A DNA stretch of 64,000 nt from Myxococcota bacterium. GTDB taxonomy: Bacteria > Myxococcota_A > SURF-8. Location: NCBI GenBank assembly GCA_963674735.2, contig CAXXQS010000001.1:1760001-1824000 (forward strand), in the 5' to 3' direction. The number at the start of each line of letters is the position of its first letter. Position 1 is the first letter of the stretch. The notes under the pieces were generated by a model. That model saw only the letters and a list, made by a program, of their open reading frames with translations, searched no databases and was not told the DNA's origin. Both the position numbers and the translations under genes were made by a program. This document shows positions 47,594 through 57,682 of the stretch, in pieces.

Positions 47594-50272
47594 GTGGCGA
47601 TTGCAGACAAACCGAATAAGGGACTGGCATCTTTGTGGCGGCGAATGGGAGAATGGTCAATTAAACGCAGGCTTTTGTGCCTAGCTCTCACGATCCTGAT
47701 CACGGTGTTCTCGATCTCCATTGCTCCCAGCATCCCATTTAGTACCGATCCGGCAGAATTCATGCCGCAGACCGACCCGGATGTCAAGTTCTGGCTCGAT
47801 TTGACCCGCCGATTCGGCGCTCTCGACGTTCTCATGGTCGGGTTGGAAGAACCGGATACCCCCCTGACTTCAGACAGCCTCATGACCGTGGCACGCATCA
47901 CTGACAAACTGAGTGAGCTTAAAGCCGAAGGTGTCTTGCTGGCTCGTAGCCTGACCAACGTTGAAACGCTCCAGGAGGACGAGTTCGGCACATTAAACGC
48001 CATGTTGCTGGTGTCGTCCATTCCACGCACCCCCGAAGCACGCAAGTGGCTTTCGGAACGTATTCTGGCCGACACCCAGGTTCCCGGCTCCCTGGTCAGC
48101 AGCGATCTGATGGGTTACGTGCTCATCATCAGGACTGATTCACGTAAAGACGGACCAACAGTTGCACGTATCGTGCAAAAGCTGGTTGAAGCCGAAAAGG
48201 GCGACATGAAAGCCTTTTATTTCGGCGCGCCCTTTATCGCCAATCTGATTTCCGACCACGTTTACAAGCAGTTACCTTGGCTGGCCCCCTTGTTCGCCTT
48301 GTGGGTTCTCCTCGTACTCTTGATCCGCCTTCGCCGCCCGCTGGTCGTGTTTACCGTCCTTTTAGGATCCGGCTTACCCCTGTTATGGTGGTTCGGCTTG
48401 TTGCGTATCTTCGCAATTCCACTTACCACCACATCCCTAAACGCGATCCTGATAACCCTGGCGGCAGGTTTGGCCCTCAACGCGCGTGCCGCCGAGCGGC
48501 ATCTATACACCTCGAAGTCTCCGGATTCTCCCCTGCCCTTTTCACATGTCGATCTGCGGTTGCTTCTTGGCGGCGCTTTGGCTTTTTTCGTCGTATCGAT
48601 TTTTACAACCGCTTACCTATCGGCCTTCATGTTGACAACAGCCGTGGGTTTCATCGCCATTGCCCTTTTTGCCTGGATCGGCTATTTACCCTTGCTCAGT
48701 TGGCTTCACCCATCGGAGGAAGCCGCCAAGCTCGTCAAACCGTTCTCTCGCAAAACAGCTCGTTACCTGCGTATTTCAGCCATTGTTCTGCTACTGATCA
48801 GTATACCGTTAACTGGCCATCTCCGATTTTTCCTGCAACCATCCGAACTGTTTTCGGAATCCGACGAAATCGGGCAAGGTGTCGAGTTTTTCAACCGACG
48901 CTTTGGAGGATCGGATTTCCTGCAAATCAGTGCACGGGGAGATTTCCGAAACCCGGCCCATGCGGCACGCCTGATGCGTTTGACCGACCAATTGGAGGGA
49001 AGTCCCCAATTTGTAGATATCCGCTCCATCACTCAAATTCTGGGTTTTCTCGGCAAACAGTTCAGTGGCCAGCATCGCATTCCGAACGACCCCGGCGCTC
49101 TTCAAAATTTATGGTTCTTCATCGATGGCAACCCTGATATTCGGCAACTGGTCTCCGAAGATCGCAAAGAAGCCATGATCGTTGCGCGCGTCCCGGGAAA
49201 ATCCGACCTGACCGCCGACGAATGGACCGCCGCCGCCCGCAAAGCGGTTGAAGACTCGAAACAAATGAACGCGGAAGCCACTCGCCAACGTCTCGAAGCT
49301 CTTTTACATCGTTACAAGCTAAAATTCGACACATCGGAATTTGAGGCAGCATTAGCCAAAGCGACGGCATTACAGCGAAAAGACCTTCCACCCGATTTTG
49401 TAAACACCGCACACACTAAACTTCACGATTTCATGAATTCGCCTGAATCCCCCTTTGTCCCCAGCGACGAAGAGTGGGCTCAAATTCAAAATAAACTGAC
49501 AATCGACGGACAGCAAGCCCACGACTCATTGGGTAAACTGATTCGCTCTTTGCCATCCTTCAAGGAACTTGAATATCCCGATTCTTTATCAGACCAGTTA
49601 GCAGACACCTTGCTGGTCCGTTTTGCAGACATACAAATATCCCTTTTATGCGATAAAATGGTCACCGAGCTTTCAAACAGCATACATACGGAGACCATCC
49701 CCGGCGCTTTCCTGTCACGTGCCAAGGGTGTATTCATCGATCAGGTACAGCCGCAAGCCAACAACGGCAGCGAAGTCGCTTTCACCGTCAGTGGATACCC
49801 GGCGGTGGCTCCCATCGCCGAGAAACAACTGCTGGGCAGTCTTTTCAAAGGGATGCTCGGTATCGTCTTTTTGTGGGCGCTCTTCGTCTGGCGACGCGAC
49901 CGTTCCTGGGCTCTAAATACCCGACGGCTTTGTGAAGCGCTTCTAGCCGCCGGTCTGACCCTCGCTTTCGGGGTTCTTTTCGCCATACACGTCGATTCCG
50001 GCTCGGCCACCCTGTATTTTGTCGCACCCACTTTGGCTATAATTCTATCCCCGACCAGCCGAGCCGGTGCTCTTGGGACACCGATTCCCAATACCCGCTT
50101 CGCACCCACTTTCTCTGTCGCGCTAGCCATCGGCTGCCTGACTCTCCTGCTGGTCGGCATTCCTCCGGTCATGCGGGGAGGAGCGGTTATCGCCAACGGT
50201 CTGATTACGGCGGCACTGATCGCCTACCTTGCAGCGAAAACACCCAGTGATTCCGGAGACAATGTGGCATAA
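47594..50272 (+). CDS. MMPL/RND-family membrane protein, divergent
   Basis: TM1 + periplasmic domain (RFG, SLTN, GAPF) + TM cluster, repeated (RRFGGSD, SIT, SGYP); GTG start. Confidence 0.78.
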   Translation: MAIADKPNKGLASLWRRMGEWSIKRRLLCLALTILITVFSISIAPSIPFSTDPAEFMPQTDPDVKFWLDLTRRFGALDVLMVGLEEPDTPLTSDSLMTVARITDKLSELKAEGVLLARSLTNVETLQEDEFGTLNAMLLVSSIPRTPEARKWLSERILADTQVPGSLVSSDLMGYVLIIRTDSRKDGPTVARIVQKLVEAEKGDMKAFYFGAPFIANLISDHVYKQLPWLAPLFALWVLLVLLIRLRRPLVVFTVLLGSGLPLLWWFGLLRIFAIPLTTTSLNAILITLAAGLALNARAAERHLYTSKSPDSPLPFSHVDLRLLLGGALAFFVVSIFTTAYLSAFMLTTAVGFIAIALFAWIGYLPLLSWLHPSEEAAKLVKPFSRKTARYLRISAIVLLLISIPLTGHLRFFLQPSELFSESDEIGQGVEFFNRRFGGSDFLQISARGDFRNPAHAARLMRLTDQLEGSPQFVDIRSITQILGFLGKQFSGQHRIPNDPGALQNLWFFIDGNPDIRQLVSEDRKEAMIVARVPGKSDLTADEWTAAARKAVEDSKQMNAEATRQRLEALLHRYKLKFDTSEFEAALAKATALQRKDLPPDFVNTAHTKLHDFMNSPESPFVPSDEEWAQIQNKLTIDGQQAHDSLGKLIRSLPSFKELEYPDSLSDQLADTLLVRFADIQISLLCDKMVTELSNSIHTETIPGAFLSRAKGVFIDQVQPQANNGSEVAFTVSGYPAVAPIAEKQLLGSLFKGMLGIVFLWALFVWRRDRSWALNTRRLCEALLAAGLTLAFGVLFAIHVDSGSATLYFVAPTLAIILSPTSRAGALGTPIPNTRFAPTFSVALAIGCLTLLLVGIPPVMRGGAVIANGLITAALIAYLAAKTPSDSGDNVA

Positions 50273-50390
50273 TCGCCGAGCAAAACAAAAGCCCTTCGCT
50301 TCTGTTACTTGCAAATCCACTGGTTTCGTTCTAACCTTGATTTACAAGGACATTTTGGACGATTGGGACTTGAAAAGAGTTTCTTTTCGC

Positions 50391-50419
50391 TTGAACGGTC
50401 TGCCCTTTTAAGATACACT
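50391..50419 (+). promoter_or_regulatory. Sigma70-like promoter
   Basis: TTGAAC-N17-TACACT upstream of the radical SAM gene. Confidence 0.45.
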
Positions 50420-50482
50420 GAAACCTGGATCGTCACAGACGACCCCGTCTCGTGTTGAAGGCCGAAAGTCGAGGATAGAAGG

Positions 50483-51523
50483 ATGGGCGGTATCTTCAAC
50501 CATAAAGCGGGGGAGGATAACCACACCGCAGTACCCCTCGCGGTAATGCCCGGGGCTTTAGCAACCAGCTCTTCAAGCTTACTGAACCTTTACCAATCCC
50601 ACAGTTTGAGAGAATTGCAGCAAGAGGTTATGAGACGACAGGGTTCGCCTTATACCGGTAAAATCGACACCTGTGCCAGCGTGAACATATCCAACCACTG
50701 TCGTTTTGCCTGCGCCCACTGTGACTGGCAGGGAGGACCGGGAGCAAAGCGTCTATATCGAATGAAACTCGATGAAATCGTAGCGCTTGTGCAAAAGCTG
50801 GACCATCAGGGAATGGGTCACCTCATTCTTCAAAGCGGCTACGACGTGGCCTACTCCCCGACCATGATCGCCTCATTGATCGAACGGATAAGAGCAACAA
50901 CTTCTTTACATATCACACTGGCCATGGGTGACCGCCCAATCGAATCCCTTAAACTCTGGAAAGATGCGGGAGCCGATAGTTACTTATTCCGTTTCGATCC
51001 TCCAGGCTATAATTTATACAGTCAAATCGCATCACATGGAGAAGCCCATCACCGGCAAAACACCCCCAGCCTCTTATATGACCTTGGTTATGGCATCATT
51101 GGCGGAATGGTGGTTGGTTTACCCGGAGTTTCCATCGATCGATTATTCGAAAACTTCGCCCTCGCTCTCAAAAATGAGTTGGATGGCTTTGTCTTCGCTC
51201 TTTTCCAACCCAACGCCATCAGCAATCCCAGCCTCAACATGAATGATAACGTGGAAACCGCTCTCAAGCTGGTCTCACTCACCCGCCTGATCGACTCAAA
51301 CCTGGCAATTTCGGTTCCAACTCCTTTGTCAGAAACGTTCCGTGGATTCGAAGCAAGTATCCGAAGTGGATCCAGTCTTCTGTTGCTTGATGCAACTCCA
51401 TCCGGATATCAACGCTACACACGAAATACCTCATTACATCGACGTAGCCGCCTGTTCCGTGCCGTCGTAGAAAACGCAACCAAACTCGCGCAACGCACCG
51501 GTTACGAATTGCGTCTACGTTAA
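50483..51523 (+). CDS. Radical SAM protein, divergent HydE/PylB/BioB-like
   Basis: SNHCRFACAHC, YRM, LQSG, WKDAGAD.Y..R, VGLPG, LK.V.LTR collinear with HydE; start 50483 or 50546. Confidence 0.75.
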   Translation: MGGIFNHKAGEDNHTAVPLAVMPGALATSSSSLLNLYQSHSLRELQQEVMRRQGSPYTGKIDTCASVNISNHCRFACAHCDWQGGPGAKRLYRMKLDEIVALVQKLDHQGMGHLILQSGYDVAYSPTMIASLIERIRATTSLHITLAMGDRPIESLKLWKDAGADSYLFRFDPPGYNLYSQIASHGEAHHRQNTPSLLYDLGYGIIGGMVVGLPGVSIDRLFENFALALKNELDGFVFALFQPNAISNPSLNMNDNVETALKLVSLTRLIDSNLAISVPTPLSETFRGFEASIRSGSSLLLLDATPSGYQRYTRNTSLHRRSRLFRAVVENATKLAQRTGYELRLR

Positions 51524-51622
51524 AAGCAAGCTTGCCCCACACAATATTGCATGTTGCAAAAACAAACGTACGGATACATAATACCCGTCAATGCTTCCTT
51601 CCCGGATTATCGAGGTTTTGTC

Positions 51623-53026
51623 ATGGCTGTTCGTATTCTTTGTCTGTTTCTCTTTTTGCTGATCATGATCGGTTGTTCTTCGTCTGGAGACGATGCTGCA
51701 GATGGAGACCGCGAGAGCGAAACCGGGAACGAAGAAGGCGGGGATCGTGATTCCGGTGACCAAGACGAAGAAACAGAAGACGGATGCAGTCCGGGCGACT
51801 GTGGAGATGGGCTTGTCTGTGATCTGCAAGACGGCCGTTGCAAGCGCTGTACGACAGACCTAGACTGCGGTGACCCGGACCCCATAACCGGGATCACGCC
51901 ATCGTGCCTGGACGGTCGCTGCGAAGATCTCGTCTGCGGTTCACGCGCGAATATTTCTGCTCCATCAGACGGGGCCGATCTCCCCTCCTCACCTCTTCAG
52001 CCGACTTTCGATGCAACCGGAAGATTGTCCGTAAACAACACCCCCATTTTCCCAATTGGGATACAGCCAATCGATCCATCCCGATTCGAAGAAGCCAAAG
52101 CCGCAGGTGTCAATCTTGTTTTAAGCAACCACAACTGTTGCGAAAACACGACAGAGCTGAATTATCACATGCAGACGTTTCTTCCTCAAGCACAAGCCGT
52201 GGATCTATTTGCGGCAGTTCGCGCGTTCTGGCCACCGCAGCAAATCAACACCGGCAATCGACTCACCCTCCTGCAATCCATCGTAGATCGAGGAAACCGA
52301 GTCCCCTTGCTATTCTGGATCGGAGCCGACCGAGCAATTTCTTCTGGTTGGGCTGATGATATTCCGGCGGTGTGGACATTCGGGGAAAATCAGTTCCCAC
52401 CAAAACCTTTTGCTATTATGGAAGATAGTCAGCAGCAGGACGACCAACTTGATCAGATCGCTCAACTATACATTGCAACGCTCGATCCATCTCAATCAGA
52501 AGCCGCCCTGGAAGTCAGTGTCGCCCGCAATCGACTTGGAGATACTCCCGTATGGGTTCGCATCCCGATAAGCGGGCTTTCAAGCCAACGGCTCAAAGCT
52601 CTGGCCATCCACGCTATTGCGTTCGGCGCAACCGGGATCATTTTTGATGCCGGTGAAATGGACCTTTCTCACAAAGATACATGGGAAACGCTAACCGAAG
52701 CCACCCGCTATCTGCGTGACCGAACGCCCCTCTGGCTGGCTAATCGAGACGATAATGCCGCAGGTCTGGCCGAAGCACCGGTGGATGTCACACTGTTATC
52801 GGTTCGTTACGAGAACAAGACTGTCATCACTTTTATTGTTAATTCCGGCAATTCAGATGAAACCTTGACCGTTTCTCTAGCCAGTGAACAACTGCCATTT
52901 TGCCTCTCGGAAGACAGCGAGGATACCTCGCTTCGTCTGACCCGTGAACAATCCTTCACGATTAACCTAGAACCGAACGGTATCGCCGAAATTCACTCTG
53001 CGCAAGCCTCACCGGCGGGAGGGTGA
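51623..53026 (+). CDS. Lipoprotein with Cys-rich repeats and a glycoside-hydrolase-like domain
   Basis: Lipobox MIGC, acidic DGD linker, Cys-rich region, then PIFPIG..AAGVN..AIAFGATGI pattern of clan-A-like TIM barrels. Confidence 0.65.
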   Translation: MAVRILCLFLFLLIMIGCSSSGDDAADGDRESETGNEEGGDRDSGDQDEETEDGCSPGDCGDGLVCDLQDGRCKRCTTDLDCGDPDPITGITPSCLDGRCEDLVCGSRANISAPSDGADLPSSPLQPTFDATGRLSVNNTPIFPIGIQPIDPSRFEEAKAAGVNLVLSNHNCCENTTELNYHMQTFLPQAQAVDLFAAVRAFWPPQQINTGNRLTLLQSIVDRGNRVPLLFWIGADRAISSGWADDIPAVWTFGENQFPPKPFAIMEDSQQQDDQLDQIAQLYIATLDPSQSEAALEVSVARNRLGDTPVWVRIPISGLSSQRLKALAIHAIAFGATGIIFDAGEMDLSHKDTWETLTEATRYLRDRTPLWLANRDDNAAGLAEAPVDVTLLSVRYENKTVITFIVNSGNSDETLTVSLASEQLPFCLSEDSEDTSLRLTREQSFTINLEPNGIAEIHSAQASPAGG

Positions 53027-53027
53027 C

Positions 53028-53795
53028 ATGTTCGAAAGCCTGATACGAAAATTTCTCTATCATCCGATAATCCTGAACCGCGACGCCCCTCTTCCCGCCT
53101 ATGCCGCAGACGCCCTGGAAGCCTGGATACCTTTATCAAACGGATTGACAATCCATGGGCTTTACTGGCCTGCCGACATCGATCGACCGACCCTTTTATA
53201 CTTTCACGGCAACGCACAATCCGTCTACGACTGGGCTCTAGTCCGTGAAGAGTTGACTCCTTTGGAAGTGGGACTGCTACTGATCGACTATCCTGGTTAT
53301 GGCAAAAGCGAGGGACATCCCACCGAGGATCTGCTCTATATTTCGGGACTTGCATCTCTTGAATGGCTTCGGATTGAGCAAAATATCCCTCCGAATCAGA
53401 TCGTCATTTTGGGAAAATCTCTAGGGGGCGGAGTTGCAACGGAAGTCGTTCGTCACACCCCGGTAAAAGGGTTGATCCTGGAGTCGACGTTTCAATCGAT
53501 TCCTTCCGTAATGCGTAATCTCATTCCCATGGTCCCAAGCAACACGATCCTAAAATCCGAACGCTACGCGTCGATTGAAAAAATTCCGCACATTCATACC
53601 CCGATTCTGGTCGTACATGGCGGTCGCGATGAACTGATCCCACTGGAGGAGGCACGCTCGCTATACAAAGCCGCCAACAATCCGAAATCCATCTATATTG
53701 TAGAAGAAGCCGGCCATAACGATGTCTCGTTATTTGCCGGCAGTGATTATGGACAACACCTACGACAATGGCTCAATGAATTGGGAGACGGATAA
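53028..53795 (+). CDS. Alpha/beta hydrolase (ABHD-like)
   Basis: YFHGNA, DYPGYG.S.G, GKSLGG, HGGRDELI, AGHND (Ser-Asp-His triad). Confidence 0.9.
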   Translation: MFESLIRKFLYHPIILNRDAPLPAYAADALEAWIPLSNGLTIHGLYWPADIDRPTLLYFHGNAQSVYDWALVREELTPLEVGLLLIDYPGYGKSEGHPTEDLLYISGLASLEWLRIEQNIPPNQIVILGKSLGGGVATEVVRHTPVKGLILESTFQSIPSVMRNLIPMVPSNTILKSERYASIEKIPHIHTPILVVHGGRDELIPLEEARSLYKAANNPKSIYIVEEAGHNDVSLFAGSDYGQHLRQWLNELGDG

Positions 53796-53803
53796 GAGGT
53801 TTG

Positions 53804-55237
53804 CTAACGTAGAGGTCGTTCACCGATTTTTCGATTTTCCCAGTCTACAAAATACTCGACATGTTGAGTGTCGGTTTTCACTTCGTGGGCAAAATTGTTG
53901 ATCCGGATCAACACTCCAGTATAAACCTTGCCAATAACCCGGATCTTGGAATTCTGACATTTTTCGGAATCGTGATCCTGTAGCCACACAGACAGTTCCT
54001 TGATACGCGTTTTCAAGTGTTTGAGCTTTGCAAGGGTCTGCAGAAACACCTTCTTTTCAGCCGCGGCAAGAGTCTCATGCAGGTCGGGTTTTTCCAAATA
54101 CGGATTAACATTTTCACTTAGTTTATCCAAAATTTCTTTAAATGATTTAATTTCATGCATCACGTTATCCAGGCTATACGGCGCTTTTTTACAAAACCCC
54201 GCACAAACCTCGGTCTTGACTGCCCCCGGTCCGCCAAGTTCTTTCGCCTCAACCCCGTAAGCGCCATAAGACAGTCCTCCAACCAACGCCCCGCCTTTAA
54301 CGACCAGCTTTCCATGGGCAAGTACGGAGGAATGGAACAATCCGCTTTTAAATTCACAGTCGTGATGGCAAAAAATATCCGCTTGGTTCGCATACCTGGC
54401 TTCGATGTTCTTTTCCGATTCGACGCTTTTTCCGGTTTCTCCGATAATTCCCTCTTTCACCACGAGGTTTCCACCGGATTTCAGGTTGGCTCCCTCGGAA
54501 GTCCCGTGAATGATGATATCTCCCCCCGCGTAGATCCCGAAATTCTGGATCACCTGGGATCCAACTTCAACCGAACCGGAAAAATGCAAATCTCCACTGC
54601 GCCAATCTTCCACGTTATCGATTCGGAAACTTTCACTAACGGACAAAGACTCCCCATCAATTTCCAAACAACCTTCGAGAGAACTGATGATCTCTCCCTT
54701 TTCGTTTTCGCTCACTCCTTTTCCGGGTTTCAGAGACACGATCTTCCGTTGTTCGTGTTCAAAGACATTTCCAAACACATCGCTGATGGACAACAATTCG
54801 GCCATCCTGGCGGCATCCAGTTTTCGGGCGATAATACCGGGTTTGACGAGAATCAAGGGGAGTTTCGGAGGAAATTTTGGGCGTGAATCCGCCACTCGTT
54901 TTGCGAAATATTTACGTATTTCTTCGTGATTGTCGAAAAAATCAAGGTCCGGCATCGGACAATTCAAACGCTTCTGATCTGCAATCAATATAGGCACGTG
55001 CTCAGCGATCAACCCCTGAAGCTTTTCTTTTTCATCATATATTTTCAGATCAAGGGGCGTTACCACATCCAGATCACGGAGAATTTCCTGAAACTGCTCC
55101 TTCTCAATAAACAATGAAAACGCCACATACAGCTTTTGCGTGTTTTTTGAGACCAAAACCCTAAGGCCGTAATCGCTTGGATCCACAACCTCATTGGGAG
55201 GAACCTGGATCAAATTATGCGGCGTATCAGGTGGCAT
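53804..55237 (-). CDS. FapA/DUF342 family protein
   Basis: G.dVfG, GKGV, SGDLHFSGSV.V, beta-helical repeats, GALVGG, T.V..G, coiled coil, VYTGV.I.I. Confidence 0.78.
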   Translation of the reverse strand: MPPDTPHNLIQVPPNEVVDPSDYGLRVLVSKNTQKLYVAFSLFIEKEQFQEILRDLDVVTPLDLKIYDEKEKLQGLIAEHVPILIADQKRLNCPMPDLDFFDNHEEIRKYFAKRVADSRPKFPPKLPLILVKPGIIARKLDAARMAELLSISDVFGNVFEHEQRKIVSLKPGKGVSENEKGEIISSLEGCLEIDGESLSVSESFRIDNVEDWRSGDLHFSGSVEVGSQVIQNFGIYAGGDIIIHGTSEGANLKSGGNLVVKEGIIGETGKSVESEKNIEARYANQADIFCHHDCEFKSGLFHSSVLAHGKLVVKGGALVGGLSYGAYGVEAKELGGPGAVKTEVCAGFCKKAPYSLDNVMHEIKSFKEILDKLSENVNPYLEKPDLHETLAAAEKKVFLQTLAKLKHLKTRIKELSVWLQDHDSEKCQNSKIRVIGKVYTGVLIRINNFAHEVKTDTQHVEYFVDWENRKIGERPLR

Positions 55238-55350
55238 GATCTGTCTTTCTATCCTTCGTTTATTACTACCAAAACTCCTTACATTAAAAGAGATCGGATA
55301 TCATTGGATATTCTTCAATTTAATTGTGATTCCGGATAAGATTTACTGCT

Positions 55351-57495
55351 TCAATTCTGCGCAAGCTGCAAAGCATTGGATAAATCTTCGGAACGATTGA
55401 TGGGGTTTTGGCACGCGTGGTCCGTGCAAATATACAGGGTGGTACAATCGTCAATCGGAACCTGTTCCAAAGTAAATGGTGCTAAATTACAGATGGCATC
55501 AACACCTGGACCATCAACGGGGCGAGCCAACCGCACTAGCCTTGGAATGTAGTGCAATTCTAATTCGTTACACATTTCTTTAAAGTCGGATTTCTCCGAA
55601 TCACCAACAAATACCACTTCCTGACAAGGACCGATCAGCCAGTCAAGCCCCATTAGAAACTGTGAAAAATTCCAAGGATCTTGGCGAACCTGTTCCGAAA
55701 AGGCACGCACGATTCGCTCGGCGATACTTTGCCATTTTTCATCACCGGTCAACCGATAGAGACGCGCATAATTGGAGATGGCCACGGAGTTGGCCGAAGG
55801 AGCCGCCCCATCGTAGATTTCTTTTGACCGGATCAGAAGAGCCTCTCCGTTGACAGGAGACAAGAAAAAGCCACTCTGCTTGGAATCCCAGAAGTCTTCG
55901 GCCATCGCGTCGCTGCATTTAATCGCCCACTGTAGAAATTCCACATTGAATCCGGCTTCATAAGCATCAAGCAAAGCCTGGATGAAAAACGCATAATCAT
56001 CGGCAAAGCCATGAATCTCCGCCTGACCGCTCTTGTAGCGGTGCAGCAAACGCCCATCGGAACTAACCATATTTTTTAATAGGAATTCTAAGCCCTTAGT
56101 TCCGAGTTCAAGATATTCCGGTCGATCGAAAACACGCCCTGCACGCATAAAGGCCGAAATCATCAAGCCGTTCCAGTCAACCAGGATTTTCTCATCCCGC
56201 AAGGGACGAATGCGCCCTTCACGCCGCTCGAAAAGCTTGCCTCGGATCAGTTCCCATTTTGCAAGCAGGTTCGCTTCCGATTCACCTTCCGAATCGGCAA
56301 GAGACTCCCAACTGCCGCGACGATGGAGAATGTTCTTCTTTATCGCTTCTCCCGTCGCTTCTTCCATAAAGTTTCCACCCGCCTGGGCATTCATCCACCG
56401 GGCAACATTTTGAGCGTCGTTTTCTCCCAATATCTCTTTCAATTCGTCCCAAGTCCAAACGTAGAATCGACCTTCTTCACCCTCGCTATCGGCGTCTTCA
56501 GCTGAGTAAAAAGCTCCGCCTGGATGCGTCATATCTTTCTGAACATACTGGAGTATTTCCTCAGCAGTTCGCTTAAATCGGTCGAATCGGGTCACCTGAA
56601 ATGCCTCCACATAAGCCATTACCAATAAGGCTTGGTCATAGAGCATCTTTTCAAAATGGGGCAACAACCACTGCCGATCAGTGGAATAGCGGTGAAACCC
56701 ATATCCCACATGATCGAAAATGCCACCGCGACGCATCGCATCAAGCGTGTGAACCGCCATAGCCAAGGCGTTTTCATTTCCTGTTCGTTTCCAATACCTT
56801 AGTAGAAACAAGATCTTATGCGGTGTCGGAAATTTTGGCCGGTCTCCAAATCCTCCAAATTCAACATCGAAGAAACGCTCGAACTGGCTGAAGGCCTTGT
56901 CGAAAACGGTTTTATCAAGAAAATCACCAGCCTTCGTTGATTGCGTCTGGCCAAGCGCTTCCACGACACGGTGAGTCGATTCGTCAATTCGCTCACGTTC
57001 ATTTGTCCAGATTTCTTGGATCCGTGGAACCAGTTCAAGCAAACCGTTACGCCCGTAACCGGATCGCTTCGGGATGTAGGTGGCAGCAAAAAATGGTTTT
57101 TTATCGGCAGTCATGAAAATAGACAATGGCCACCCGCCTCCACCGGTGAGCAGGTGACAAACAGTCATGTAAACCTGATCGACGTCGGGCCGTTCTTCAC
57201 GATCGACCTTGATGTTGATAAAGGTTTCGTTCAAAAGACGAGCGACCTCCGGGTCTTCAAAGCTTTCGTGGGCCATGACATGACACCAGTGGCAAGTAGA
57301 ATAACCGATGGATAAAAAGATCGGTTTATCCTGCTCGCGCGCCGCCTTGAAGGCTTCGTCGCCCCAGGGATACCAGGAAACGGGATTACTTGCATGTTGT
57401 TGAAGATACGGACTTTTTTCATCGGCTAAACGATTGGACGTTAGCTGCGTCTCGATATTTAAAGGTGCATCTGACTTGTTATCGGAAAAGCTCAT
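55351..57495 (-). CDS. Thioredoxin-domain + (alpha/alpha)6 protein (YyaL/SPATA20, DUF255)
   Basis: [53 protein letters not shown]. Confidence 0.92.
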   Translation of the reverse strand: MSFSDNKSDAPLNIETQLTSNRLADEKSPYLQQHASNPVSWYPWGDEAFKAAREQDKPIFLSIGYSTCHWCHVMAHESFEDPEVARLLNETFINIKVDREERPDVDQVYMTVCHLLTGGGGWPLSIFMTADKKPFFAATYIPKRSGYGRNGLLELVPRIQEIWTNERERIDESTHRVVEALGQTQSTKAGDFLDKTVFDKAFSQFERFFDVEFGGFGDRPKFPTPHKILFLLRYWKRTGNENALAMAVHTLDAMRRGGIFDHVGYGFHRYSTDRQWLLPHFEKMLYDQALLVMAYVEAFQVTRFDRFKRTAEEILQYVQKDMTHPGGAFYSAEDADSEGEEGRFYVWTWDELKEILGENDAQNVARWMNAQAGGNFMEEATGEAIKKNILHRRGSWESLADSEGESEANLLAKWELIRGKLFERREGRIRPLRDEKILVDWNGLMISAFMRAGRVFDRPEYLELGTKGLEFLLKNMVSSDGRLLHRYKSGQAEIHGFADDYAFFIQALLDAYEAGFNVEFLQWAIKCSDAMAEDFWDSKQSGFFLSPVNGEALLIRSKEIYDGAAPSANSVAISNYARLYRLTGDEKWQSIAERIVRAFSEQVRQDPWNFSQFLMGLDWLIGPCQEVVFVGDSEKSDFKEMCNELELHYIPRLVRLARPVDGPGVDAICNLAPFTLEQVPIDDCTTLYICTDHACQNPINRSEDLSNALQLAQN

Positions 57496-57682
57496 GAACG
57501 TTTCTCCCAGAGATCAGCAAGCGCAAAGCGTCACGGAACGCTACAAACTACTTGCAAAATCAGGCAGCTTCAGAGTTGAACGCCTGCGGTGTTCGTAGTG
57601 GGAGAGACCCCGCAGTAAAGCCTTATTCCATAATGCAAATACAATCACTAACCAGAGGAGACAAACCGTGGATAAAAGTGAG

